Assembly (NCBI GenBank): GCA_963813815.1
Contig: CAWFAD010000007.1
Location: 320,001-384,000, forward strand
Direction of reading: 5' to 3'
Length of the DNA stretch: 64,000 nt
Source: an uncultured bacterium
Lineage (GTDB): Bacteria; Krumholzibacteriota; Krumholzibacteriia; Krumholzibacteriales; Krumholzibacteriaceae
Shown here: piece after piece, positions 9,983 to 19,366 of the stretch
How the letters are laid out: each line of letters opens with the position of its first letter
How positions within the stretch are numbered: position 1 is the first letter of the stretch
The notes under the pieces: model-generated
The model's database searches: none
The model's input: only the letters and a program-made list of their open reading frames with translations
What the model was told of the DNA's origin: nothing
Translations under genes and position numbers: made by a program

Positions 9983-11161
9983 ATGAAGAGAATCGTCGCA
10001 TATGCGCTCGCCGCGATCGCCCTCGCGATCGGGCCTTCCTGCAGCTCGGATCCCGAAGGGCCCGTCGCGGAGCAGTTTCTCGACGACGGGACCTACGGCG
10101 TCAAGGCGGGGGAGACGAGCCGGATCGTCATCCCCGCGCAGGGAACGACCGTGAACGTGCCGCTCGGCGTCGGAACCTCGAGGCTCCTCACCCTCGGCAC
10201 GATGCGCGACGTCGAATACCGGGCCATCCTGCTCAAGTTCGATTTCACCCGCTCCGCCGGGGATTCGGCCAAGACCGTCGCCTCCGCGCGCCTCCGTCTG
10301 CCCGTTCAGGCGGTTTCCCCCGAGAACGCCTTCGTGCTCGTCTCCTTTCACGAGCTGCTGGAGGACTTCGACGACGCGGACACGATCACCGCGGTGCCGG
10401 CGTACCGGCTCGAGGCGATTCCCGATTCCCTCGGCATCACGGTGCGCCAGCTCGATCTCATGACGGTCGAGTTCGGACTCGACACGGCCGCGGTCAACGC
10501 GTGGCTCTCCGGCCGCCGTCCGCTCCCGGGCATCGCGGTCGTCTGGGCGGAGCCCCCCGACACGAACAGCACGATCGAGATGAACGCCCGAGAGCGCGGC
10601 ACCGATCCCTGCGCGATCCGCGTGAGCTACTCGGACACCACGACGGGGGTCTTCGGCGCGAAGGCGGATTACACGGTCGCCGTTTTCCGGGAGCCGGGCC
10701 TCAACTGCATCGGCGGCCTCGCTCGGCGCATCCATTTCACCTTCGATCTCGCCGGGATCCCCGAGCGCGCGATGGTGCACGCCTCGTTTCTCGTGCTGAA
10801 GACTCGCGGGGACCTCGGCTTCGGCGCGACGGCCGGTGATCTCGGGCTCGGGCTCACGTATATCTTTTCCCATTACCTGTACGCGCCGAACTCCGGTGAC
10901 ACCCTGTCCGCCGACTTTCTCGAGGGCACCGGCGTCGACCAGGGGACGGTCGATCCGGTCGTCTCGCAGGTCGTCAGGATGCCGCTTCGCGGCTTCATTC
11001 CGGACGTGCTCGCCGGGCTTCGCGTGAACCGGGGGCTCGTTCTCCAATCCAATCTCGAGGAGACGAGGATACAGCGGCTCTCGTTCGCCACGTCCGGCGA
11101 GGAAGCGCCGTACATAGAGATATACTACACGCTGCCGGCAGATTTCGGAGGGACGCCATGA
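9983..11161 (+). CDS. hypothetical lipoprotein
   Basis: MKRIVAYALAAIALAIGPSC lipoprotein-like signal; beta-rich mature region; host-like codon usage. Confidence 0.75.
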   Translation: MKRIVAYALAAIALAIGPSCSSDPEGPVAEQFLDDGTYGVKAGETSRIVIPAQGTTVNVPLGVGTSRLLTLGTMRDVEYRAILLKFDFTRSAGDSAKTVASARLRLPVQAVSPENAFVLVSFHELLEDFDDADTITAVPAYRLEAIPDSLGITVRQLDLMTVEFGLDTAAVNAWLSGRRPLPGIAVVWAEPPDTNSTIEMNARERGTDPCAIRVSYSDTTTGVFGAKADYTVAVFREPGLNCIGGLARRIHFTFDLAGIPERAMVHASFLVLKTRGDLGFGATAGDLGLGLTYIFSHYLYAPNSGDTLSADFLEGTGVDQGTVDPVVSQVVRMPLRGFIPDVLAGLRVNRGLVLQSNLEETRIQRLSFATSGEEAPYIEIYYTLPADFGGTP

Positions 11162-12363
11162 AAGCGAAGCTCGTCGCGTTCCTCGCCGCCGCCGTGTGGC
11201 TCGCCGCCGCGGCGCCGGCGCGCTCCCAATCGATCTTCAGCATCAATTTTCTCGGCGAGCACCGATCGACCGGCAGCGCCCGGTTCCGCGCGCTCGCCCT
11301 TTCGTCGTACGCCGTCCGGGATTCCGCGTACGCGATAGCCGCCAACGACGCAGCCATAGCGGACATACGGAGCGTCACCTTTTCGCTCTTCGAGTCGTTC
11401 GCGTCGAGCAGCGTGCGAAGCGGCTCCTCCTCGGCCGATATCAACCGTTTCCAGCTCCCGACCGTCATGCTCGGGGTGCCTTTCGGGAAGGGGCTCGTCG
11501 GTGCCGTCGGATACCGCGAGGGGTTCGAAGGGAGAGGCGAGTTTTCCTACCCGCGCGAGGTCGAGGGGGATATTTCCTGCATCGAGCGGTACAAACACCG
11601 CTCATCGCTCTTCACCGTGCCGTTCGTGGGCGCGTGGAAGGCCGCCCCGTGGGCGAACGTCGCCGCCTCGTTCAATCTCGAGCGCGGATCGACGAGCGAC
11701 GTCTCGACGATACTCTTCTACGAAGAGGATTTCGATAATGTGGAATCGAGGCGGGACCGGAGCTACGCGGGCACGTCCTGGTCCGCCTCCGTGCTCATCG
11801 AGCCCCACTCTCGGGTGAGCCTCGGCGCCGGATGGAACAGCGAGATCGACTACGACGTCTCCGAGTCGTTCAGCTACACGGACGAGGCGATCGACTCCTC
11901 GGCGGCGTGGGAATTTCGTCTGCCGATGTCCTGGGGGGCCGGAGCCGCGGTCGGGCTCACCGGCCGGTGGTGGCTTTCCTCGTACTACTGGCAGCGGGAG
12001 GCGCCCGACCCCGCCGGGTATCCTCAGCTCGAGGGATCCATCGGGGATGAGCGGCTCCTGTCCTTCGGCATCGAACGGCGCCGGTCGAACGACGGCGGAT
12101 TTTTCGCGCGCATGCCGCTCCGCGCCGGATACTACGAGGACCGCTGGCATTTCGAATACCCGGCAGGACGTCCGGTCCGCTCGCGATTCTTCACGCTCGG
12201 CAGCGGTTTCGGTCTTCCCGGGGGGCCCGGGGCGATCGATTTCTCGCTCGAGTTCGGCCAGATCGGCTCGATCGACGACAACGGCGTCGACGAGCGCGTG
12301 CTGCGTTTTTCCATGAGCGTCAGCGCCTCCGAGACCTGGTCGAGGCGCGCGAACGAACGCTGA
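11158..12363 (+). CDS. putative outer-membrane beta-barrel protein (distant FadL-like)
   Basis: Sec signal peptide, GSARFRAL N-terminal motif, alternating aromatic beta-strand pattern, LRAGYY near the C-terminus; ATGA overlap with upstream gene. Confidence 0.7.
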   Translation: MKAKLVAFLAAAVWLAAAAPARSQSIFSINFLGEHRSTGSARFRALALSSYAVRDSAYAIAANDAAIADIRSVTFSLFESFASSSVRSGSSSADINRFQLPTVMLGVPFGKGLVGAVGYREGFEGRGEFSYPREVEGDISCIERYKHRSSLFTVPFVGAWKAAPWANVAASFNLERGSTSDVSTILFYEEDFDNVESRRDRSYAGTSWSASVLIEPHSRVSLGAGWNSEIDYDVSESFSYTDEAIDSSAAWEFRLPMSWGAGAAVGLTGRWWLSSYYWQREAPDPAGYPQLEGSIGDERLLSFGIERRRSNDGGFFARMPLRAGYYEDRWHFEYPAGRPVRSRFFTLGSGFGLPGGPGAIDFSLEFGQIGSIDDNGVDERVLRFSMSVSASETWSRRANER

Positions 12364-12389
12364 GAGCTTCCGGCCGTCGGGTTCACGCA

Positions 12390-13067
12390 ATGTTCCGCAT
12401 GCCTTTCACTATGCTGCTTCTCGCCTCCGTCGCGGCGGCCTCCGGCTCCGCCGGCGAGGATCCGAAGAGCGCCCCTCCTCTCGCGGTCGAGCTCGAGGGT
12501 CTCGCCCCGGAGGCGCGCATCGCCTATCTCCGGCACCTCGTTTCATCCGGGCGCGAGGACTCCGAGGTGCGCTTTCAGCTCGGCGTCGCCTTCCAGGACC
12601 GCGGCGAGGCGGATTCGGCGCTGCGTCATTACCGGCGCTCGCTGGATCTCGATCCGGGGCTCTCGAAGGCGTACGTCAACATGGGCGTTCTCTGGGACGG
12701 GCTGCGCCGGCCCCTCGAGGCGATCGCCATGTTCGAGAAGGCGATCGAGATCCGCCCGGACGATCCCCTCGCGCGATCCTACGCGGCCTCGGCGTTGCTC
12801 GGGCTCGGGCGGCACGAAGAGGCGTGGAAGCATCTCGACCGCGCGCTCGCGATCGATTCCCGGAATCCCGAGCCGCATCACTACCTCGCCGTCTTTTTCT
12901 GGGAGTGCGGCATGTTCCGCGAGGCCCTCGCGGAGTGGGAGCGTGTGATCGAGCTCGTTCCGGAGAGCCCGCTCGCCCGGCAGGCGGAGGCGAATATCGC
13001 GCTCGCCGAGCGCTTGCTCGCCGGGACCGGGGTGGGAGGCGAGCCGGTCCCCGAGGGGGGGCGCTGA
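12390..13067 (+). CDS. secreted tetratricopeptide repeat protein
   Basis: signal peptide plus TPR consensus repeats (AYVNMGV..EAIAMFEKAIEIRPDD). Confidence 0.8.
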   Translation: MFRMPFTMLLLASVAAASGSAGEDPKSAPPLAVELEGLAPEARIAYLRHLVSSGREDSEVRFQLGVAFQDRGEADSALRHYRRSLDLDPGLSKAYVNMGVLWDGLRRPLEAIAMFEKAIEIRPDDPLARSYAASALLGLGRHEEAWKHLDRALAIDSRNPEPHHYLAVFFWECGMFREALAEWERVIELVPESPLARQAEANIALAERLLAGTGVGGEPVPEGGR

Positions 13068-13170
13068 ACTCCAAACTTGACACGGCGGGCGCAGCTGTCC
13101 ACATTATATATGGTGAGTAGCGAGAATCGGCCGAACCGGAACCATCGGTGACACGCCAAGAAAGGATCCT

Positions 13171-14325
13171 ATGATCAGGAGAACATGCGCTCTCGTATCG
13201 GTGATCGCGCTCGGGGCAATCCTCGGGTGCGCGAGCGGCGGCGGGCAGGACGCGGCAGTCGTCGGCGAAACCGGCAATATCGTCAAGGACGGGCGGGGGT
13301 TCGACAAGGAACTCGGCCCCGCCGAGATCGCCTATCAGTCCGCGCAGCAGTTCCTCGCCGGCGGCAACTATACCGACGCCATCGGCCAGCTCCGGACCGC
13401 CGTCAGCATCAAGCCGAACTATATGGAGGCGTGGAGCGATCTCGGCAACACGCTCGCGAAGACGAAGGATTTCACCGGAAGCACGGCCGCGTATGAGAAG
13501 GCGCTCGCCCTCAAGCCCGACAACGGTCCGATCATCCAGGCGATCGCCTATAACTACCTCAACCTCGAGGACTACAACAAGGCCGAGCAGTACTACCTGA
13601 TGATTCTCGAGAAGGATTCCTCGAGCTACGACGGCAACGTCCACCTCGGATTCATCTATCAGAAGAAGGCGAACAACGAGCGCGCCATCGAGCATTACGA
13701 AAAGGCGCTCCTCGCGCAGCCGAACGACGCGACGACGCTCGGCACGCTCGCGGGTCTCTACGACAAAATGGGCAACGAGGACCGCAAGATCGAGTATCTG
13801 AAGCGCGCCTCCGAGGCGGCTCCGGATGTCTATAAATACAAAACGCAGCTCGGCTCGGCCTACATGAGGCGGCGCGATTTCGCGAACGCGCTCCCCGTGT
13901 TCGAGGACCTCACCCGGACCTATCCCGATCAGGCCGCCTACTGGCAGAACTACGGTCTCATTCTCTCGCAGATGCCGGAACGCAAGAAAGAGGCCCCCGG
14001 AGCCCTCGAGAAGGCGCTCGAGCTCAAGGGGGACGACCCCTACATCTGCGGCATCCTCGCGCAGGTTCACAACGATCTCGGCGATCATCAGAAGGCGATC
14101 GCCCTCGTGAAGCGCGGACTCGAGACGAAGATGGGACAGGAGCCGCTCCTCTACTACCAGTGGGGCGCCGCGCTCTCGAAGCTCGGGGCGTACGACGAGG
14201 CGATCGGAATGTTCGAGAAGGTCGTCGCGACGAGGGACCCGCAGTGGGCGGAATCCGCCGGCAAGCAGGTCGACCGGCAGGTCGCGCTCAAGAAGCGCGA
14301 AGAGCTCAAGAAACAGCAGCAGTAG
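13171..14325 (+). CDS. TPR-repeat lipoprotein
   Basis: ILGC lipobox followed by many TPR repeats. Confidence 0.88.
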   Translation: MIRRTCALVSVIALGAILGCASGGGQDAAVVGETGNIVKDGRGFDKELGPAEIAYQSAQQFLAGGNYTDAIGQLRTAVSIKPNYMEAWSDLGNTLAKTKDFTGSTAAYEKALALKPDNGPIIQAIAYNYLNLEDYNKAEQYYLMILEKDSSSYDGNVHLGFIYQKKANNERAIEHYEKALLAQPNDATTLGTLAGLYDKMGNEDRKIEYLKRASEAAPDVYKYKTQLGSAYMRRRDFANALPVFEDLTRTYPDQAAYWQNYGLILSQMPERKKEAPGALEKALELKGDDPYICGILAQVHNDLGDHQKAIALVKRGLETKMGQEPLLYYQWGAALSKLGAYDEAIGMFEKVVATRDPQWAESAGKQVDRQVALKKREELKKQQQ

Positions 14326-14367
14326 CGCCGCGCGGCGCAGGGCGCGCGTCCTGAGGTACGGTGAACG

Positions 14368-14399
14368 GAGCCTCCCCGTCGCACGGGGAGGCTCTTTTT
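14368..14399 (+). terminator. intrinsic terminator
   Basis: perfect 12-bp stem GAGCCTCCCCGT/ACGGGGAGGCTC, 3-nt loop, then TTTTT. Confidence 0.85.
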
Positions 14400-14439
14400 C
14401 AGGGTCGCCGCGGGGATAGATCTCCTGTATAGTATCGGC

Positions 14440-15624
14440 ATGACTCCACGAACCGAAAGCGGACGGCGAACCTACTTCGATCACAACGCGACGACGAGCG
14501 TGCGCCGCGAGGTCGTCGAGGCGATGCTTCCCTTCTTCAGCGAGCGGTTCGGAAACGCTTCGAGCGTCCATTTCTTCGGGCAGGAGAACCGCGAGGCGGT
14601 CGACGCGTCGCGCTCCCGGGTCGCCGCGCTTCTCGGCGCGGAGCCCGAAGAGATCATTTTCACCTCGGGCGGCACCGAATCCGACAACCTCGCGATCCGG
14701 GGAGCCGCGAGGGCGCGGCGCCGCCTATCGGGGGCGGACCGCATCGTCACCTCCACGATCGAGCATCCCGCGGTCATCAAGACGTGCCAGGATCTCGAGC
14801 GGAACGAGGGGTTTCGCGTCGCCTACGTGCCGTGCGACTCGAGCGGCGTCGTCCGGATCGATCTGCTCGAGGGGGCGATCGAGCCCGGAACCGCGCTCGT
14901 GACGATCATGCTGGGGAACAACGAAACGGGCGTCGTGCAGCCGCTCCGCGAGATCGCGGCGCTCACACGTCCGCGAGGGATAGCGCTCCATACCGACGCC
15001 GTGCAGGGGGCCGGAAAGATCCCGATCGACGTGGGCGCTCTCGGCGTCGATCTCCTTTCGATCTCGGCGCACAAGTTTTACGGGCCGAAGGGGATCGGCG
15101 CCCTCTACGTGAGGCGCGGCACGGCGATCGAAGCGGTTTCGACGGGGGGAAGTCACGAGTGCGGTCTGCGGCCGGGCACGGAAAACATCCCCGGCATCGT
15201 CGGCCTCGGCGAGGCCGCGCGGATATCGAAGCGGGACCTGCCGCGCGAGATGGCGCACATCGGCTCTCTCCGGGACCGTCTCGAGAGCGCGGTGCTCGAG
15301 CGCGTCCCCGACGTCGCGATCGCCGGCGCGTCCGCCCCGCGCGTTCCGAACACGAGCAGCATGATCGTGAGACGCGTCGAGGGAGAGGCCCTGACGCTCA
15401 ACCTCAGCATGCGAGGATTCGCGATATCGAGCGGCAGCGCCTGCGCGAGCGGGGCGAGCGAGCCGAGCCACGTTCTCCTCGCGCTCGGGTTCGACGGAGC
15501 CGCCTCGCAGGGCGGCATCCGCATCAGCCTCGGTTACGCCAATACCGAGGAGGAGATCGACGCATTCCTCGAGATCTTTCCGCGGGTCGTCGACCGGTTG
15601 CGGGAGCTCTCGCCGCTCAGGTAG
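14440..15624 (+). CDS. iscS: cysteine desulfurase (IscS/NifS family)
   Basis: YFDHNATT, FTSGGTESDN, HTDAVQ, SAHKFYGPKG, SSGSACAS motifs. Confidence 0.93.
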   Translation: MTPRTESGRRTYFDHNATTSVRREVVEAMLPFFSERFGNASSVHFFGQENREAVDASRSRVAALLGAEPEEIIFTSGGTESDNLAIRGAARARRRLSGADRIVTSTIEHPAVIKTCQDLERNEGFRVAYVPCDSSGVVRIDLLEGAIEPGTALVTIMLGNNETGVVQPLREIAALTRPRGIALHTDAVQGAGKIPIDVGALGVDLLSISAHKFYGPKGIGALYVRRGTAIEAVSTGGSHECGLRPGTENIPGIVGLGEAARISKRDLPREMAHIGSLRDRLESAVLERVPDVAIAGASAPRVPNTSSMIVRRVEGEALTLNLSMRGFAISSGSACASGASEPSHVLLALGFDGAASQGGIRISLGYANTEEEIDAFLEIFPRVVDRLRELSPLR

Positions 15625-15671
15625 CGCGACCGCGCCGGCGGCGGTGCTTCCGCGAGGCGAGAGGAGCATTG

Positions 15672-16757
15672 GTGCTTTCTGCGCCGAACGCGAGTGAGCG
15701 CGTCGTCGTCGGGATGAGCGGCGGCGTGGACAGCACTGCGGCGGCCTGGCTGCTCCGCGAGCGGGGATACGAGGTCATCGGCGTGACGCTCGAGCTCTCC
15801 TGCCGTTCCCGGCCACCGGGCCCGCGATCCTGCCTCGACGAGGCGACGCTCGCCCGCGCCCGCGATTTCTGCGAGCGATTCGGCCTCGCCCATCACGTCA
15901 TCGGCGTCGAGGAGCCGTTCGCCCGTTTCGTCGTGAACCGGTTCGTCGCGGCGTACCGGGCGGGCCGGACGCCCAACCCGTGCGTCGTCTGCAACGAGCT
16001 CGTCAAGTTCCCCGCGCTCGTCCGCGCCGCCGATCGGCTCGGCTGCCGCGCGGTGGCGACGGGGCATTACGCCCGGATCGTCTCCGGCGCTCGAGGTCTG
16101 CCGTACCTTGCGGCGGCGGCCGACCCCGCCAAGGATCAGTCGTATTTTCTCTACCGGATTCCCGCGGGGATCCTCCGCCGGTCGATCTTTCCGCTCGGCG
16201 GCCTCTCGAAGGAATCGGTGAAGGAAATCGCCGCGCGGTTCGGGTACGACGTCGCGTCTTCGCGGGAGAGCCAGGACGTCTGCTTCGTTCCGGACGGCGA
16301 CGTGCGGCGGTTTCTCGAGGAGCGGATCGGCGATCGGCCCGGAGACGTCGTGGACGGCGAGGGGCGCGTGATCGGTCGGCACCGGGGAGCGCACGCGTTC
16401 ACGATCGGCCAGCGAAAGGGGCTCGGCATCGCGGGAGGGGAGCCGCTCTACGTGGCGGGCATCGATGCCCCGCGCCGGCGCATCATCCTCGCCCCGCGGG
16501 AGCGCTCGTACCACGAGGGAGCGCGGTGCGGGGCGCTCCGACTTCGCCCAGGCGCGCTCGAGGGGCCGCTCGCCGCGAAGGTGCGCCATCGCCGGTCGTT
16601 CGCCGCGGTGCGCGAGGCGCGTCTCGCCGGCCGGTTCCTCGAGGTGCGGTTCGCCGAGCCGCAATGGGCGGTCACTCCCGGCCAATCGCTCGTGCTCTAT
16701 AGAAATGATGTCGTCGTCGGCGGAGGAATCATCGAGGAAGGGATCGGCGCGCGATGA
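15672..16757 (+). CDS. mnmA: tRNA 2-thiouridine(34) synthase MnmA
   Basis: GMSGGVDS, TPNPCVVCN, ATGHYA, KDQSYFL, ESQDVCF, TIGQRKGLG, TPGQ motifs; GTG start after GAGGAG. Confidence 0.95.
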   Translation: MLSAPNASERVVVGMSGGVDSTAAAWLLRERGYEVIGVTLELSCRSRPPGPRSCLDEATLARARDFCERFGLAHHVIGVEEPFARFVVNRFVAAYRAGRTPNPCVVCNELVKFPALVRAADRLGCRAVATGHYARIVSGARGLPYLAAAADPAKDQSYFLYRIPAGILRRSIFPLGGLSKESVKEIAARFGYDVASSRESQDVCFVPDGDVRRFLEERIGDRPGDVVDGEGRVIGRHRGAHAFTIGQRKGLGIAGGEPLYVAGIDAPRRRIILAPRERSYHEGARCGALRLRPGALEGPLAAKVRHRRSFAAVREARLAGRFLEVRFAEPQWAVTPGQSLVLYRNDVVVGGGIIEEGIGAR

Positions 16758-17701
16758 AACGACGGGCGGCGCCGGCCGCGCTTCTCGCGCTCGCCTTCGT
16801 GCTCGCCGCCTCGGGCGCTTCCGGCCGCGAGGCGGGATGGGGGCTCGTCGACGGATACGACATCCTCCGCTCGGCGAGCGGGACGTTCATCATCCAGTAC
16901 CCGCCGCGGCTCGAGCGCATGGCGCGGGAAATCGAGACGCTCTTCGAGGAATCGGCGGGGGAAATCGCCGGCGAAATCGGTCTCGAAACGATCGCCCCGG
17001 TCCGCGTGTACCTCGCCGGCGACGACGCGACGTACCGGAGCCTTCACGAGGGGCGCATACCCGAATGGGGCGCCGCGTTCAGCGCCGTCGCCGACCGGGT
17101 GATCGGCATCCACGCGCCGCTCGCGGTCGCGGGACCGCGCTCGATGCGCGCCCTCGTCCGGCACGAACTCTCGCATCTGCTGCTCGCCGAGCGCGTCGGC
17201 GCGGTCAACCTGCCCGCATGGTTCATGGAAGGGCTCGCGATGATCCAGGCGGGGGAGTGGCGGCTCGCGGACGAGTGGAACTTCATGCTGCTCGCCGGTC
17301 GCGGGAGGGTCCCGTACCTCGAGGAGATCGCCGGGCCGTTTCCGCGGCGGGCTGAGGACGCGGCGCTCGCGTACGGCCTGAGCTACCGGGCCGTTTCGAA
17401 GCTCCTCGCGGAGAACCCGGGGAGCCTCGCCACGCTCACCGCGTTCATCCGCGACCGGGGGGATTTCGAGGACGCATTCTTCATGACCTTCGGAGAGACG
17501 CCGTACGATTTCGCCGCGCGCCTCTACGTGATCGTGCACGAGCGCTATCGCACCCCGGGGGTGATTCTCAACGCCAGTCCGTACTGGCTCGCAGCCGCCG
17601 CGCTCGTCGTCGCGGCGTACGTCGCGAGGCGGGTTCGAACTCGGCGGGCCCTCCGCGAGATGGAGGAGCGCGAAGCCCGCCTTTCGAGCTTCTCCAGTTG
17701 A
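16754..17701 (+). CDS. membrane-anchored zinc metallopeptidase (MA clan, gluzincin-like)
   Basis: signal peptide, HELSH plus PAWFMEGLA, C-terminal TM helix. Confidence 0.8.
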   Translation: MKRRAAPAALLALAFVLAASGASGREAGWGLVDGYDILRSASGTFIIQYPPRLERMAREIETLFEESAGEIAGEIGLETIAPVRVYLAGDDATYRSLHEGRIPEWGAAFSAVADRVIGIHAPLAVAGPRSMRALVRHELSHLLLAERVGAVNLPAWFMEGLAMIQAGEWRLADEWNFMLLAGRGRVPYLEEIAGPFPRRAEDAALAYGLSYRAVSKLLAENPGSLATLTAFIRDRGDFEDAFFMTFGETPYDFAARLYVIVHERYRTPGVILNASPYWLAAAALVVAAYVARRVRTRRALREMEEREARLSSFSS

Positions 17702-17726
17702 CACTCGCCCGTGCGGCGCATATACT
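17698..17726 (+). promoter_or_regulatory. sigma70 promoter of tRNA-Ser pair
   Basis: TTGACA(17698-17703)-17 nt-TATACT(17721-17726); the -35 overlaps the upstream TGA stop. Confidence 0.8.
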
Positions 17727-17763
17727 GAACGCGACCTTCTTTCGACGGAAGGTTGATTTTTTT

Positions 17764-17851
17764 GGAGGGCTAGTCCTAACTGGTAAGGCAGCGGACTTGA
17801 AATCCGCCGGGCGCTGAGCCCATGGGGGTTCGAATCCCTCGCCCTCCGCCA
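17764..17851 (+). tRNA. tRNA-Ser(TGA)
   Basis: GGAGGGC/GCCCTCC acceptor, GCGGA-CT-TGA-AA-TCCGC anticodon arm, long variable arm, GGTTCGAATCC, encoded CCA. Confidence 0.96.
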
Positions 17852-17873
17852 GAATTCGAATACTGCTGCGGGC

Positions 17874-17965
17874 GGAGAGGTGGCCGAGAGGCCGAAGGCA
17901 ATCGCCTGCTAAGCGATTGCAGGGCTAACCCCCTGCCGTGGGTTCGAATCCCACCCTCTCCGCCA
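17874..17965 (+). tRNA. tRNA-Ser(GCT)
   Basis: GGAGAGG/CCTCTCC acceptor, ATCGC-CT-GCT-AA-GCGAT, long variable arm, CCA. Confidence 0.96.
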
Positions 17966-18066
17966 TAATAGATGCGGCGCGCGCGAGCCACCGGATCGAT
18001 CGATACGTCGCGGAGCGCCGGCCCGAGGGATGAGCCGGCGCGGATGTTTCCGGCAAAGGAGGAACC

Positions 18067-18480
18067 GTGGCGAAAACGTACGTGCTGAAGAAGGTGCCGC
18101 TCGGCCCCGTCTTGAAGATCGCCTTCATCCTGTTCCTCATCATCGGGGTCATCATCGGCGTGTTCTACGCGCTCCTCATCTCGAGCTTCGGTTTTCTCGC
18201 GAGCGCCCTGAACGATCCGTCGCTCGGAAGCGAGATGGGCTTCATCCGCGGCCTCGGTTTCGTGCTCGTTCCCGTGATCGCGATCTTCTACGCGATCTTC
18301 GCGACGATTGTGGTTGCCATATGGGTTCTCGTGTACAATCTTTTAGCCTCCGTGGTCGGAGGAATCGAGCTCGTGCTCGAACCTTCCGCCGCCGCGGCGG
18401 CTCCGGCGGCGGCCGATGCGCGCGCCCCCGGCGAGGACGTCGCCCGCGCGCCGCGAGGGGATTCGATAGACGGTTTCTGA
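18067..18480 (+). CDS. small membrane protein (DUF3566-like)
   Basis: AGGAGG RBS, two TM helices, VYNLLASVVGGIELVLE motif. Confidence 0.7.
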   Translation: MAKTYVLKKVPLGPVLKIAFILFLIIGVIIGVFYALLISSFGFLASALNDPSLGSEMGFIRGLGFVLVPVIAIFYAIFATIVVAIWVLVYNLLASVVGGIELVLEPSAAAAAPAAADARAPGEDVARAPRGDSIDGF

Positions 18481-18490
18481 TTGCGAAGCA

Positions 18491-18564
18491 GCGCCCATAG
18501 CTCAATTGGATAGAGCGTCTGGCTACGGACCAGAAGGTTGGGGGTTCAAGTCCTCCTGGGCGCG
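18491..18564 (+). tRNA. tRNA-Arg(ACG)
   Basis: GCGCCCA/TGGGCGC acceptor, TCTGG-CT-ACG-GA-CCAGA, GGTTCAAGTCC; CCA not encoded. Confidence 0.95.
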
Positions 18565-18620
18565 ATTTTTTTCTTCCCGCAAACGCCAAAGCCCAATTTT
18601 TACGGAATAATAAAAAGCGC

Positions 18621-18649
18621 TTGACCCCCGCCTTTCCATCGATTAGGCT
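18621..18649 (+). promoter_or_regulatory. putative sigma70 promoter of por operon
   Basis: TTGACC-17 nt-TAGGCT preceded by an A/T-rich UP-like tract (about 18596-18617). Confidence 0.6.
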
Positions 18650-18743
18650 ACATAATGTTGTGTCCGAGGGAGATGGAGCGGTGCGGCGCGGTGCGGAACT
18701 CGTTATTGCGTCATAACTTACAATTACATCGAAGGGACCGGTC

Positions 18744-19304
18744 ATGATCGAGATCAGAACCCACGGGCGGGGCGGTCAGGGAGCCGTGATCGCGTCCGAG
18801 ATTCTGGCGGATGCGTTCTTCCGCGAGAAGAAGTTCGTGCAGGCGTTCCCCGCGTTCGGCGTGGAGCGCCGCGGGGCGCCGGTCGTCTCCTTCACGCGCG
18901 TCTCCGACGGAGAGATCCGCGAGCGCTGCGAGATCTACGAGCCGGATCATCTCATCGTGCTCGATCCGGTTCTCATCGAAACGGTGAACATCACGGCCGG
19001 TCTCAAGCCGGGAGGCTGGATCGTCATCAACACGAACCGCGACATGAGCTCGAGCGAACTCTGCGAGAAATTCAAGATCGCCACCGTGGACGCGAACTCG
19101 ATCGCGCTGAGGCACGGCCTCGGCTCGCGCTCGGCCCCGATCGTCAACACGGCGATCGTGGGCGCGTTCGCCGGCGCGACGAAGCTCATCGGACTCCCGG
19201 CGGTTCTCGAGGCCATCGACGAGTTCGTGCCGGTTCGCAAGGAAAACAACATGAAGGCCGCCGAGGAGGCGTACCGCGACCTGACCATCGTCGCGAGGCG
19301 GTAG
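18744..19304 (+). CDS. porC: 2-oxoacid (pyruvate):acceptor oxidoreductase gamma subunit
   Basis: EIRTHGRGGQGAV, FPAFGVERRGAPV, PIVNTAIVGA motifs. Confidence 0.93.
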   Translation: MIEIRTHGRGGQGAVIASEILADAFFREKKFVQAFPAFGVERRGAPVVSFTRVSDGEIRERCEIYEPDHLIVLDPVLIETVNITAGLKPGGWIVINTNRDMSSSELCEKFKIATVDANSIALRHGLGSRSAPIVNTAIVGAFAGATKLIGLPAVLEAIDEFVPVRKENNMKAAEEAYRDLTIVARR

Positions 19305-19366
19305 CGCGCCCGCGCGCGGGAGCGGCGCCGCGGCGGCTTCACACGAACGGAGAGGCTGGAGGGCTC

